This document shows, piece after piece, positions 1 to 10,351 of a DNA stretch of 64,000 nt. This DNA is from Promethearchaeota archaeon (GTDB taxonomy: Archaea > Asgardarchaeota > Lokiarchaeia > Sigyniarchaeales > SOKP01). Within the stretch, counting starts at the first letter, position 1, and each line of letters starts with the position of its first letter. The notes under the pieces are model-generated. The model did no database searches. It was not told the origin of the DNA and saw only the letters and a list, made by a program, of their open reading frames with translations. Location: the NCBI GenBank assembly GCA_016840085.1, contig JAEOTA010000012.1:32001-96000 (forward strand), written 5' to 3'. The translations under genes were made by a program, and so were the position numbers.

Positions 1-381
1 GGAAGCATTAGAAGAGAAAATCTTACTCGAGAAAAGCTTATTGCTAATTTTTCTAAGGGGTTGTCAAGGGGGCGTCAATACTACGAAGGATTTGCCGACT
101 TTTTTTATGATGAATTAGGAGCTATAACTGCAGAAAAACATTTAGATAGATTATTAGAAGGAGGATATATTGAAATTTTGCATAATCAATTAGTTTTAAC
201 AAGGAAAGGACTACGAGCGTTTTATCGTGCTAAAATGAAAGAATTTAAACAAAGATCCGAAGATATTGAGATGACAGGACATAAAATATTTAAAAGCATA
301 TCTTGTTTTATTTTTATAACTCTTATAGTTTTACTGATAATATATACTCCAGAAATTAATACCTGGTTAGCTAATCTCTAA
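1..381 (+). CDS. Hypothetical protein, 5'-partial, with winged-helix-like segment and C-terminal TM helix
   Basis: Frame 1 is open from position 1 to TAA at 381. LDRLLEGGYIE..LVLTRKG resembles a wHTH wing; the C-terminus is hydrophobic. Confidence 0.6.
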   Translation, partial: GSIRRENLTREKLIANFSKGLSRGRQYYEGFADFFYDELGAITAEKHLDRLLEGGYIEILHNQLVLTRKGLRAFYRAKMKEFKQRSEDIEMTGHKIFKSISCFIFITLIVLLIIYTPEINTWLANL

Positions 382-404
382 TATATTAATATAAAAAGGG
401 TTTG

Positions 405-1676
405 TTAATCTTTTTCATTACCGTTCTTATATTTGAAATATTCAGATTCAAGATTAGGAAAGAATTTGTTTTTTCTTCCTTCTTTTTTAATATTTATTAG
501 ATTTAATTCTTTTAATTTGTTAATGTGATAAAGAATCGTTTTATGATCTACTTTAAATTTTTTAGTAATAAGATTGTTCCATATTCCTGGATGATTTTCA
601 ATCGTTTCCAATACTTCTAAAGTTAGTTTACTTTTTTGAAGTTTTAAATCAATATTAGAAATAGGATTCTTTTGATAATAGGGAAAGTAAGCAATAAAAT
701 TCCCTATTCGTTTTTTTCCAATGATCTTATACGTTTCCAAAATATCAAGATGCCAAACCAAATTGCCCGCAGCTAATCCTGTTTTACGTAATAATTCATT
801 GAAATGAACTCCCGGTTCACTCAAAATTAAATCTATAATGTTATTTCTATTTTCATTTTCTAAAACATCATCTAAGGATAATCGATGAGCTCCTTTCTCA
901 ATCGGAATCGTTCTTGTTTTTAAGTAACGGAAATAGTCCTTTTTTGAAATTAGTATTGCTAATGCTATAATACCAACAATAATTACTGGTATTGTTATAT
1001 ATACCCATGTATAATCATATTCAACAAGTCCAATTTCTATAAGAGTAATATAATAGTCAGTATTTGCATCAATGTTTAAAAGTGAGCTTTCTAAATAACA
1101 TTCTGAATTTGAAGAGTTTATTTTTTCGTAAGTTTCAATTATTTCCCATGCTTCCTGATCCAATTTAAATAGTGCTAATGAATAAGAAGCATCCGAATTT
1201 AACCCATATTGAGAAGTTTTTAGATATTGGATAGTAAGATTGCTAATTGTAACGTTTGATTTGAAATTGAAAACTAAATCATATTGAAATCTAATTTTTT
1301 TTTCTCCTTGTTTTGGATCTTGTGGTTGTTTTATTAAACCAAAATTTTTCAAACTACTCTTAGATGTAATATTTAGAGAAAGTGGATTTTCATTAGTAAT
1401 AACAAAAGAGGTTTGTTTGTTAGCACTTCCATTTTCATATTCTATATAAAGATCTAAAAGGGTATTTGAGGAGATTTCAAACGTAATATTGTTTAAGAAT
1501 TGATACGAGACTCTTTCATATGGCTGAATTCTATCTTCAGTCCAGAATCCAGGAATGTTCTTATTTTTGGCAGCTTTAGCATAACAAATGAAAAGAGTGT
1601 AATTAAATAGAATTAAGAATAAAATAATTGCACAGACAATTTGAGTTTTCCATTTAATAGTATTATAAAAAACCAA
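405..1676 (-). CDS. Membrane-anchored transcriptional regulator (N-terminal signal/TM, extracellular domain, TM, two cytoplasmic winged HTH domains)
   Basis: N-terminal hydrophobic stretch; TM WVYITIPVIIVGIIALAILI; LENENRNNIIDLILSEPGVHFNELLRKTGLAAGNLVWHLDILE and a second HPGIWNNLI..HINKL repeat typical of archaeal ArsR-like tandem wHTH. Confidence 0.8.
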   Translation of the reverse strand: MVFYNTIKWKTQIVCAIILFLILFNYTLFICYAKAAKNKNIPGFWTEDRIQPYERVSYQFLNNITFEISSNTLLDLYIEYENGSANKQTSFVITNENPLSLNITSKSSLKNFGLIKQPQDPKQGEKKIRFQYDLVFNFKSNVTISNLTIQYLKTSQYGLNSDASYSLALFKLDQEAWEIIETYEKINSSNSECYLESSLLNIDANTDYYITLIEIGLVEYDYTWVYITIPVIIVGIIALAILISKKDYFRYLKTRTIPIEKGAHRLSLDDVLENENRNNIIDLILSEPGVHFNELLRKTGLAAGNLVWHLDILETYKIIGKKRIGNFIAYFPYYQKNPISNIDLKLQKSKLTLEVLETIENHPGIWNNLITKKFKVDHKTILYHINKLKELNLINIKKEGRKNKFFPNLESEYFKYKNGNEKD

Positions 1677-1762
1677 TTAATATCAATTTCTTATGTTTTA
1701 AATTAAATAAATAAAAATTTTAAAAAAAAAAATGTGTTATTAATAAAATTCATTCATATTAA

Positions 1763-2446
1763 TTATTTCCTTTTCTTAAGATATATTGTTATTCCTAATA
1801 TTACTACAATGCCTACTACGACTCCAACAATAACGTATATCATGGTTAAATCTTCTGATTCAGGGATTAGTACAGTCCATGTTGAAAAATGATTAGTATC
1901 ACAAACTAAATATCCATTTTGTAGTGAAGTTGGAACCGTAACCCATTCTTCAGTACTTTCATCGTAATATGCCCATTCCGCGTTTTGATTTCTGTTATTT
2001 GCTTCTATTTTAAGCTTCGCTTGACAAGAATCATTGCATTGAATTGACACGCAAAATCCCTCTTCATATCTGAAGCGATTTCGATTTCTCACTCGATACG
2101 TATGACCTTTCTGTAATCCAAGTTGGATTTGTTCTTCTGTGCAAGTCATATTCATGTGAAGATCATTTTCTGCATCTATTTCAATTTCAAAATTCTTTGC
2201 TCCAATTTTCATTGCTTCACAACTAATATTTAACTCAATATTAACATTACAGTTAAAAGTTAACCTTGTTCTCTCCCGAAATTGTAATTGAGTTCTGTTT
2301 TCAGCTTGAATTCGAGTTTGAATTGTATCTCCAGGAACATCAATGGGCGATTGCCCATTAGCTGCCATCGTATTCATCGAATAAAATGAAATAAATATTG
2401 AAAGAACTACTACACCAAAAAGTATTTTTTTAAATTTGTTTGACAT
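1763..2446 (-). CDS. Secreted, C-terminally anchored cell-surface protein with HFS motif
   Basis: Signal peptide; WAYYDESTEEWVTVPT...CDTNHFSTWTVL; C-terminal TM followed by KKRK. Confidence 0.75.
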   Translation of the reverse strand: MSNKFKKILFGVVVLSIFISFYSMNTMAANGQSPIDVPGDTIQTRIQAENRTQLQFRERTRLTFNCNVNIELNISCEAMKIGAKNFEIEIDAENDLHMNMTCTEEQIQLGLQKGHTYRVRNRNRFRYEEGFCVSIQCNDSCQAKLKIEANNRNQNAEWAYYDESTEEWVTVPTSLQNGYLVCDTNHFSTWTVLIPESEDLTMIYVIVGVVVGIVVILGITIYLKKRK

Positions 2447-2890
2447 TTTATAAACACCTAAACTTATCTATGGAATAAAAAGGGAATGATATAAAAAGCT
2501 TTGAGGAATAATTTTCCCCATTTGAAAAATAAGATATAAAGATGTTTTGAAAGGCTTTTTTTAATCTATATTTGAGGTATAGTAATGTCAAATTAAATAA
2601 GCATCAAAGTGAAGGTAGTAGAAAGATTTTTAAAATAACAAATAATTTAATGTTATAATATAAAATTCTAATGGGATAAAATAGAATGAAAACACTTCAA
2701 GATTTAGAAACTTATTCCTTTAGCAATTATTTGAAGTCTCATTCTTCATTAGAATTGTGCCCAAGTGTATTAAGCTTACACTTATTATTATTATGAAAAA
2801 CCTTCTTTATTTTTGAAGACGTATCTTTATTTCCTTCATAAAAATAAGAAGGTTATTAACTTTAAAAGAAATTTAAATAGGTTAAATGAA

Positions 2891-4513
2891 ATGAATGAAA
2901 AAAGCGATATTATGGTTTCCGATATGATGGAAAAAATTCGAGGGACATTAATCCTACCCAAAAAAGCATATTTCTTCGATACTACTCTTCGTGATGGAGA
3001 ACAAACTCCAGGAATTAGCTTTCCACTAAAAGAAAAAATATCTATTGCCCAATCATTAAATGAACTGGGTATAGATGTAATTGAGGCAGGATTTCCAGTC
3101 ATTTCACAAGGCGATTTTGAAGCCTGCAAGGAAATTGCGAAACTTGGTTTAGATTCAGAAGTAATAGGATTAGCTCGTATTAAGAAGATTGATATTGATA
3201 AGGTTATTGAAGCAGATATGGATTCAATTCATGTATTTATTGCAACTTCAGACTTACACTTGAAAGAAAAGCTAAAAATGACCAGAGAAGAAGTTGTCGA
3301 TAATGTTAAAGAATTGATATCTTACGCCAAAGAACATTATTCTGAGATTCAGTTTTCAGCTGAAGATGCAACACGTTCAGACTTAGACTATTTAATCAAG
3401 GTTAATCAAACTGCTGTTGAAAGCGGAGCTACTCGAATTAACATACCTGATACTGTTGGAACAATATCTCCAACCGCATTTGGATATATTGTTAGGAAAA
3501 ATTATGAATTATTGCCTAAAGATGTACGGATTGCGGTGCACTGCCATAATGATTTTGGATTAGCTGTGGCAAATACAATAGCGGGATTTGAAAATGGTGC
3601 TTCAGAAGCTCAAACAACAATATTAGGGTTAGGTGAGAGAGCAGGAAATGCGTCGTTTGAAGAAACTGCTATGTCTCTTTATGCGCTATATCAAATCCCA
3701 ATGCAGATAAATACAAGATTGATTTTTCCAACAGCAAAATTAGTTGAAAGCCTATGCGGGGGGAAAGTATCTATTGGTAGATTGACCCCGTTAATTGGTC
3801 AGAATGCATTTGCACACGAATCAGGTATTCACGCTCATGCAATGATTCAACATGCTCGTGCATACGAACCTATAACACCCGAATTAATAGGGATTAGACG
3901 TTCTGACAATGTTGAAGAAATAATTAAACAATCAATAAAATTGGGAAAACATACAGGAGGTCATGCACTTAAAGCAAAATTAGAAGATTTAGGTGTTCAT
4001 ACTACAGACGTTCAATTTTCCAATATTATGGATCATGTTAAAGCTTTTGGAGATAAAGGACATGAGGTAACGGAAGAAGATTTCTATGCAATTTTAAAGG
4101 ATGTTTTCGAAGAACTACCCGAAGAAGATCAATTCGTAAAACTCGAAGAATTAACAGTCCTAACTGGATCTATTACTCCCACTTCTACTGTACGTTTAAA
4201 AATTGATGATAATGGAAATAGTATTGAGAAGGTAGCCTCATCAATAGGAGTTGGCCCTGTAGATGCATCAGTTAATGCTATTATTAAATGTTTTGAGCCA
4301 ATGAGTAAAATTAAGCTATTAAATTATCAAATTGATGCTATAACGGGGGGAACTGAAGCATTAGGACATACTACTATTGAAATAATGGATATAGAAAGCA
4401 ATCACATTGTAAAAACAAGTGCAACTCATGAAGATATCGTGATGAGCTCAGTTTTATCATTACTAAAAGGACTTAACCTTATAGTCAAGAAAAAAAACTC
4501 ATCTAGCAATTAA
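2891..4513 (+). CDS. leuA: 2-isopropylmalate synthase / citramalate synthase family
   Basis: DTTLRDGEQTPG, HCHNDFG, GLGERAGNA, HESGIH and C-terminal regulatory domain (GVGPVDA). Start placed at ATG 2891; track start is 2813. Confidence 0.9.
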   Translation: MNEKSDIMVSDMMEKIRGTLILPKKAYFFDTTLRDGEQTPGISFPLKEKISIAQSLNELGIDVIEAGFPVISQGDFEACKEIAKLGLDSEVIGLARIKKIDIDKVIEADMDSIHVFIATSDLHLKEKLKMTREEVVDNVKELISYAKEHYSEIQFSAEDATRSDLDYLIKVNQTAVESGATRINIPDTVGTISPTAFGYIVRKNYELLPKDVRIAVHCHNDFGLAVANTIAGFENGASEAQTTILGLGERAGNASFEETAMSLYALYQIPMQINTRLIFPTAKLVESLCGGKVSIGRLTPLIGQNAFAHESGIHAHAMIQHARAYEPITPELIGIRRSDNVEEIIKQSIKLGKHTGGHALKAKLEDLGVHTTDVQFSNIMDHVKAFGDKGHEVTEEDFYAILKDVFEELPEEDQFVKLEELTVLTGSITPTSTVRLKIDDNGNSIEKVASSIGVGPVDASVNAIIKCFEPMSKIKLLNYQIDAITGGTEALGHTTIEIMDIESNHIVKTSATHEDIVMSSVLSLLKGLNLIVKKKNSSSN

Positions 4514-4581
4514 TAAAACCTCTAATATATGTATAAGTTAATCTATGGATTACTATTAAGCAAAGGTAAGGTAAAGAAAAT

Positions 4582-5856
4582 ATGGAGTTAACAATAACAG
4601 AGAAAATTCTGAGAGCCCATTGTGACAATAAGTCTGCTGTTGCCGGAGATTTTATTTTAGCTAATGTTGATAAATGTTTAGCAAATGATATTACTGCTCC
4701 TATTGCAATTGATGTTTTTGAAAAGATAATTAAAGGATCAGAGAAAGGTCTTTTTGATAAAAACAAAATAATTTTGACTCCTGATCATTTTACGCCAAAC
4801 AAAGATATTGCCTCAGCAGAACAGTGTAAAATACTTAGAGATTTTGCTTATAAATATAACATTTTAAATTATTTTGAAGTCGGTCATGGGGGAATTGAAC
4901 ATTGCCTTATACCAGAGCAAGGATTAGTAGGACCAGGAGATGTCTTTATTGGTGCCGACTCCCATACTTGCACATACGGCGCACTTGGTGCTTTTTCTAC
5001 CGGTGTTGGTTCTACAGATTTAGGTGTAGCAATGGCTTTAGGAAAATGTTGGCTTAAAATACCTGAATCAATAAAAATTATTTTTTCTGGCAATTTAAAT
5101 CAATGGGTTTCTGGAAAAGATTTAATTTTATTTACTATTGGTCAAATAGGTGTTGATGGAGCTACTTATAAAGCTATAGAATTCACCGGACATGTTGTTA
5201 ATACTCTATCCATAGATAATAGATTTACGATGTGTAATATGGTAATTGAAGCAGGGGCTAAAAATGGGATAATAGAGCCTGACAAAATTACAAGAGATTA
5301 TCTGAAAGAGATTGGAAATTCTAAATATAAAGTGTATAAAAGTGATAAAGATGCAGAATATATTGATGTTATAGAATTCGAATGTAAAACTATTGAACCT
5401 CAAATTGCTTTACCTCCTTCACCTGAAAATTCAAAACCAATTTCAGAAGTAAATAATATGAGAATAGAAATAGATCAATCTGTGATAGGCTCTTGTACAA
5501 ATGGTCGATTGGAAGATTTGAAAATTGCTGCTAGTATTTTAAAGAATCTCAAAATTCATCATGATGTTAGGTGTATTATTATTCCAGGAACTCAAAATAT
5601 TTATCTTCAAGCATTAAAAGAAGGATTAATAGAGATTTTTATTAATGCTGGCGCTATTGTTTTACCTCCCACTTGTGGTCCTTGTTTAGGAGGGCATATG
5701 GGGGTTCTTGCTGCTGGAGAAAGAGCCATTTCAACAACGAATAGAAACTTTTCAGGTAGGATGGGCCATATAGAAAGTGAGGTATATTTATCAAATCCTG
5801 CAATTGCTACTGCTTCAGCCATTAAAGGATATATTACATCACCAGATTTTATTTAA
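4582..5856 (+). CDS. leuC: 3-isopropylmalate dehydratase large subunit
   Basis: [32 protein letters not shown] aconitase-family motifs. Confidence 0.93.
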   Translation: MELTITEKILRAHCDNKSAVAGDFILANVDKCLANDITAPIAIDVFEKIIKGSEKGLFDKNKIILTPDHFTPNKDIASAEQCKILRDFAYKYNILNYFEVGHGGIEHCLIPEQGLVGPGDVFIGADSHTCTYGALGAFSTGVGSTDLGVAMALGKCWLKIPESIKIIFSGNLNQWVSGKDLILFTIGQIGVDGATYKAIEFTGHVVNTLSIDNRFTMCNMVIEAGAKNGIIEPDKITRDYLKEIGNSKYKVYKSDKDAEYIDVIEFECKTIEPQIALPPSPENSKPISEVNNMRIEIDQSVIGSCTNGRLEDLKIAASILKNLKIHHDVRCIIIPGTQNIYLQALKEGLIEIFINAGAIVLPPTCGPCLGGHMGVLAAGERAISTTNRNFSGRMGHIESEVYLSNPAIATASAIKGYITSPDFI

Positions 5857-5866
5857 GGTTGATAAT

Positions 5867-6376
5867 ATGATTGGAAAAGTTATAAAATATGATATAAAAG
5901 ATATAAATACAGACTTAATCATTCCAGCTAGATATTTGACTATGTCTGAACCTGAATATCTAGCTAAACATTGTATGGAAGATTTAGACGCTAAATTTAT
6001 TCATAAAGCAAAAAAATTCGGTTATACAATAATGGTTGCTGGAGCTAATTTTGGATGCGGATCAAGCAGAGAACAAGCACCAATTGCTCTTAAAGCAGCA
6101 GGAATTCAATGTATAATCGCCCCCTCGTTTGCAAGAATATTTTTTAGAAATTCTGTAAATATAGGGGTGCCTATAATTGAATTTAATAAGATTGAGAACA
6201 TAAATACTAATGATGTTTTAGAAATAATATTTACAGAAGGAATCATTAAGGATACTTCCACTAAGAAGGAATATCAAGTAAAAAAAATATCTTCTTTCTT
6301 ACAAGAAATAATATCTGCTAATGGTTTGATAAATTACGCTAGAAGTAAAATTTTGGGGAAATCCATTATTAAATAA
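5867..6376 (+). CDS. leuD: 3-isopropylmalate dehydratase small subunit
   Basis: DINTDLIIPARYL, NFGCGSSREQA, SFARIFFRN; ATG at 5867 follows the leuC stop. Confidence 0.93.
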   Translation: MIGKVIKYDIKDINTDLIIPARYLTMSEPEYLAKHCMEDLDAKFIHKAKKFGYTIMVAGANFGCGSSREQAPIALKAAGIQCIIAPSFARIFFRNSVNIGVPIIEFNKIENINTNDVLEIIFTEGIIKDTSTKKEYQVKKISSFLQEIISANGLINYARSKILGKSIIK

Positions 6377-6550
6377 AATTAAATGCAAGATATTCTGTGA
6401 AATTCATAAAAAATTCAAATTTATTGAACTTTAAGTTATTTTTATAATTTTGAAAATATTATTAAAGATATTCAAATTAAAATATTATAATTCATCTTAA
6501 GTTTAATTTAATTTGAATTTCAAATTCATAGTATTTATGGAGATAAATTT

Positions 6551-8806
6551 ATGTCTTTAAAAGAATTTACGAAGGAAGTATTCACTCGATATGGTTTTAC
6601 TGAAGAACATATCAATATCTATTTAGTCTATTTAAGAGTTCCACGTGCTACCACTTCTGAAGTGTATATGACTCTTGTTGAAGAGTATGGAGATTTGCAG
6701 TATGAGACTGTGGCAGAAGTCACCAATTGGTTAGTTGAAAAAGGCTTCCTAAAAAAAATTGAAGGAATAGTTGATAGATATATCCCTCTTGAACCTTTCT
6801 TTGAATTATTTACTAATGAATCCGAAATCTTTAGAAATGAAATTGCAAAAATAAAAGATAATATTTTAGGAGATCAATCTAGTCGTTTTGAGAAACTCGA
6901 AGGAATACAAAATAAAAGCCTTCAAGAGATCGAAAAAGCAGTAGATACTCAAATTAAGGATTTTTTCGAAGATTCAGATGCAAAAAATAATACTAAAAAG
7001 AATCGAATTGAACGTGCTACAAATCGATTTACAGAAACTACCAAAGCTCTTGAAAATAATATACATACAATTACGGATACATTAAACGCAAATCTAAAAA
7101 GTATATCTGGATCAAGCGTTAGTAACAATGAAACTGAGATAAATAAAACTAAAGAAAATTTAACTACTTTAATCCAGAATTTGTTGAATGATTTTTCAAC
7201 ACGAGTTGAAAACTTAGATAAAGAATTAAAAATGGATCTTGATGAACATGTAGAAAGGCATAAAAATATTGCAAATCAGCTAAAACCGAAAATGGAACAA
7301 ATTTTAGAGAAATATCTAGAGCGAATGGATAAAGTTGTTACAGATCTAAAAGAAAGGATTTCAAATATATTAAAAGAACATACAACCCATGTTAAAAACA
7401 CTACAGACACCTTACAAATGAATTTAAAAGCTAGTGTTGATGATAGACACAGAACGCTTACTGATCAGACTAATGATTTTAAAAGCATGACTTTAACACT
7501 AATTGACAACTTACTTGAACACGCGAATAGATTTACTGATTTTTCTGAAGATATGGCTAAAAAGGGATTTTTTTGGATGGGAAAAAAGAAAAAATACAAA
7601 GCAAGACATGAAACCACCATACAAAGCATTTTAACTTACACTGAGCCAATGAAAGATGGGTTCATTAAAGTAAGTGACGATTATGTTCAAAATACAAGGA
7701 ATACTACGGATGAAATAAAAACTGACGTTACAAATATAATGTCAACTGAACATGAAAATCTAGCCACTGAAACTAATGATTTAGATTATAAAACTCAAGA
7801 AACTATTGATGCTCAATTAGAAACGTTAGCTACAGATATGGCTGGAGAAGTTGATGATACATTACAAAGTGGTATCAAAGATTGCTCTGATACGACCCTT
7901 AAATTAAAAGATTCTCTAGAGAACTCTCTAAAACAACATCATCGACAATATGATGAAGCCATCACCAATCATAGAGAAGGTTCGTTGAGACACTACACAA
8001 ATTTCGATACTGAAATTAAGAAAATCAATGCTGATTGGACAAGAGAAGTCGATACTAATTTTACTAATGGCAAAAGAGATTGTACAGAAAAAATTAATAG
8101 TGAAATTAGTCTATGGAATACTGAATCGAGAGATATGGACATGATGTTAACTGATATGTTGGGTGGCCACAAATCAAAATATGAGCAAAACGCAAAAACC
8201 CTGCAAAATAGTTTATCAAATACCACTCGGGATACCATTCAAAATGTAAAAGATGCTATTGCCGATTTTACCCTCCAATTTATGAATTCAATTGATGATG
8301 CAACTGAACTGGGTGAAAATGATGAAGAAAAATTAAAAGATATTCATCATGCTTCTAGCTCAATCCCAGAAATATCTAAGGTTACATCTTGGCAGGTAAT
8401 CGGTAGGCAAGCTATGATTAATGCAATGAAAGACGCAATCTATCGAGTCAAATCTTCAATTATCATTGTTACTCCTGTTGTAGTCCCTGAAATCTTACAA
8501 GTTGTTTCTGAATATGCTTTTCAAAAGAAAGCTGCTAGATTTATGCTCACTTCACATTTTGACCTTCAGACTTACTCTGGAATAATTAAAAAAATGCAAC
8601 AATTAGGAAATATACAATTTCGCCAACTGCAGACAGCAGCCGATTTTTACGCCTTAACCCGCGATGCAGAAGAAGTAATACTCTGTCCCCATTCAGAGAA
8701 AGAATCAGAGATGATCGCGGTTGTTTCTAATCAGACAGCATATTCTATTTTGTACAGCCAGTTTATAGGTCCTATTTTTCAAGCGAATAGTAGGCCGATT
8801 AAGTAA
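6551..8806 (+). CDS. TrmB-like protein: N-terminal wHTH, very long helical/coiled-coil insert, C-terminal TrmB/PLD-like domain
   Basis: YGFTEEHINIYLVYL...LVEKGFL...RYIPLEP at the N-terminus; about 500 aa helical middle; IGRQAMINAMKDAIYRVKSSIIIVTP...RDAEEVIL at the C-terminus. Confidence 0.65.
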   Translation: MSLKEFTKEVFTRYGFTEEHINIYLVYLRVPRATTSEVYMTLVEEYGDLQYETVAEVTNWLVEKGFLKKIEGIVDRYIPLEPFFELFTNESEIFRNEIAKIKDNILGDQSSRFEKLEGIQNKSLQEIEKAVDTQIKDFFEDSDAKNNTKKNRIERATNRFTETTKALENNIHTITDTLNANLKSISGSSVSNNETEINKTKENLTTLIQNLLNDFSTRVENLDKELKMDLDEHVERHKNIANQLKPKMEQILEKYLERMDKVVTDLKERISNILKEHTTHVKNTTDTLQMNLKASVDDRHRTLTDQTNDFKSMTLTLIDNLLEHANRFTDFSEDMAKKGFFWMGKKKKYKARHETTIQSILTYTEPMKDGFIKVSDDYVQNTRNTTDEIKTDVTNIMSTEHENLATETNDLDYKTQETIDAQLETLATDMAGEVDDTLQSGIKDCSDTTLKLKDSLENSLKQHHRQYDEAITNHREGSLRHYTNFDTEIKKINADWTREVDTNFTNGKRDCTEKINSEISLWNTESRDMDMMLTDMLGGHKSKYEQNAKTLQNSLSNTTRDTIQNVKDAIADFTLQFMNSIDDATELGENDEEKLKDIHHASSSIPEISKVTSWQVIGRQAMINAMKDAIYRVKSSIIIVTPVVVPEILQVVSEYAFQKKAARFMLTSHFDLQTYSGIIKKMQQLGNIQFRQLQTAADFYALTRDAEEVILCPHSEKESEMIAVVSNQTAYSILYSQFIGPIFQANSRPIK

Positions 8807-8922
8807 ATATGGCAGAGTAGGTTGACCAAGAAATATAGTTAGTAAAAAAACAATATTTAAAAATTTAATCCTTTTCTCTTTTCTACTTTTTTAATCAATT
8901 GTTTAAGATTACAAATTTTCTA

Positions 8923-9330
8923 TTAAGGTAAAAATTCAATTTTTCTCCTTGGAAAGGATTCATTTTCTAAATGTTCAAAAAATTCTTGTTCAGATAAATA
9001 GACTGCTTTCTTCAATTTATAGCCGTCTCCTGTGTCTTCAAGTTCTTTTAGTGCAACATTATCTAAATATATAATATCACTATGATTAATAATTCCTTGA
9101 TTTACCATTTCTCTCATTATCGAATTTCCATCAGATTGAGTCAGTATAGCTGGTGTTTGATCTAATTTATTTCCGTGAACGATGCCTACTCTTGCCTTGG
9201 TTTCAATAGCACCATTAATTATAACATAATGAACAATGAAAATAATGCAATCGTTTTTTTCACAAAAAAATTTGACCTTTTTGGCGGTGTCTTTTGAATA
9301 GACGAAAAAAATCCAAGATCTTCTCCCCAT
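8923..9330 (-). CDS. Hypothetical protein
   Basis: 135-aa ORF with ATG and upstream GAGG; no recognised motif. Confidence 0.6.
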   Translation of the reverse strand: MGRRSWIFFVYSKDTAKKVKFFCEKNDCIIFIVHYVIINGAIETKARVGIVHGNKLDQTPAILTQSDGNSIMREMVNQGIINHSDIIYLDNVALKELEDTGDGYKLKKAVYLSEQEFFEHLENESFPRRKIEFLP

Positions 9331-9401
9331 TTATATGCCCTCACTAATTATTTTTTGTCTTTTTTTTTGGAAAAACTATTAATTTGTGAAAAGAAGGTGA
9401 T

Positions 9402-9767
9402 TTAAATCCCATCTATTGAATTTATTATTTCTTCCGAAAGAACTATACTATTCTCACAGAATTTCTTATCTAACATTGTATTTAAGTGATAATCAGCTTT
9501 TACTCGATTATCTCTTAATTTATCTAACATATTTTTTAATATAGTCTCATCAAGCTCATCTAAAACATCAAGAACATCTTGATGTTGACGTTCTTTATCA
9601 AATCTTTTTGCTTTATATCTTATCAAATATTCTCTTGTTGTTAAAAAGGCAGCATAATATGCTCGCCCTATTACAGTTCTGAATTTTCCTTGTTCATCTA
9701 AATTATCGTTATCTTTTATGCTTTTCGCGACATCTAGGAAAATCTCTGGATTAAAATATATTCTCAC
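9402..9767 (-). CDS. HEPN domain protein
   Basis: RTVIGRAYYAAF...HQDV...LRDNRVKADY is the HEPN (UPF0332-like) signature. Confidence 0.85.
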   Translation of the reverse strand: MRIYFNPEIFLDVAKSIKDNDNLDEQGKFRTVIGRAYYAAFLTTREYLIRYKAKRFDKERQHQDVLDVLDELDETILKNMLDKLRDNRVKADYHLNTMLDKKFCENSIVLSEEIINSIDGI

Positions 9768-9777
9768 TAAATCTCCC

Positions 9778-10335
9778 TCACATCACGAGTTTTATGAAAA
9801 AATTCCTTTTCAATTCTTTAATTTTTCTGGCACTTTCTTCTGAGCTTATAAGAATCATTGATTTTATTCTACCGTATATTAGAGTATTTATTTTTTTCCA
9901 CAAAAACATTTCTTGATTGAAGGGGATACCTTGAAAGTTTAAATAGAGTACAAGTTTCTCATAATCTGGAATTTCCCAATCTCCTTCAAAAAGAATTGTA
10001 TTTTCCAAACTCACTTTTTCTTGTTCGATAAAATCGTTTAAACTTCTTTCTATTTGACTTATGAATTTCCTAAAAATTGAATTGTGAACGATTAAATTCT
10101 CTACTTTGTTACTAAATTGTAATAATAGTCTTACTGGTGTTTTAACAGTATGTAGAATTTGTTCCCAATAATATATATTTTCCTCAACATCAGGGCTCTC
10201 AATTCCTTTCTTGAAAACATCAACAATTCCCGTAGCATTAGTACCAAATGATAATTTAACACTTGATGTATCATTGTTGTGATAAATTATGGGATTGTCC
10301 AATGATGTTTCCAAATCAGGTTCAATTGATTCCAT
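9778..10335 (-). CDS. Hypothetical protein, probable HEPN partner
   Basis: 10 nt upstream of the HEPN gene on the same strand; DWEIPDYEKLVLYL...EMFLWKKI segment. Confidence 0.65.
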   Translation of the reverse strand: MESIEPDLETSLDNPIIYHNNDTSSVKLSFGTNATGIVDVFKKGIESPDVEENIYYWEQILHTVKTPVRLLLQFSNKVENLIVHNSIFRKFISQIERSLNDFIEQEKVSLENTILFEGDWEIPDYEKLVLYLNFQGIPFNQEMFLWKKINTLIYGRIKSMILISSEESARKIKELKRNFFIKLVM

Positions 10336-10351
10336 TTTTCCTTAAATCTGT

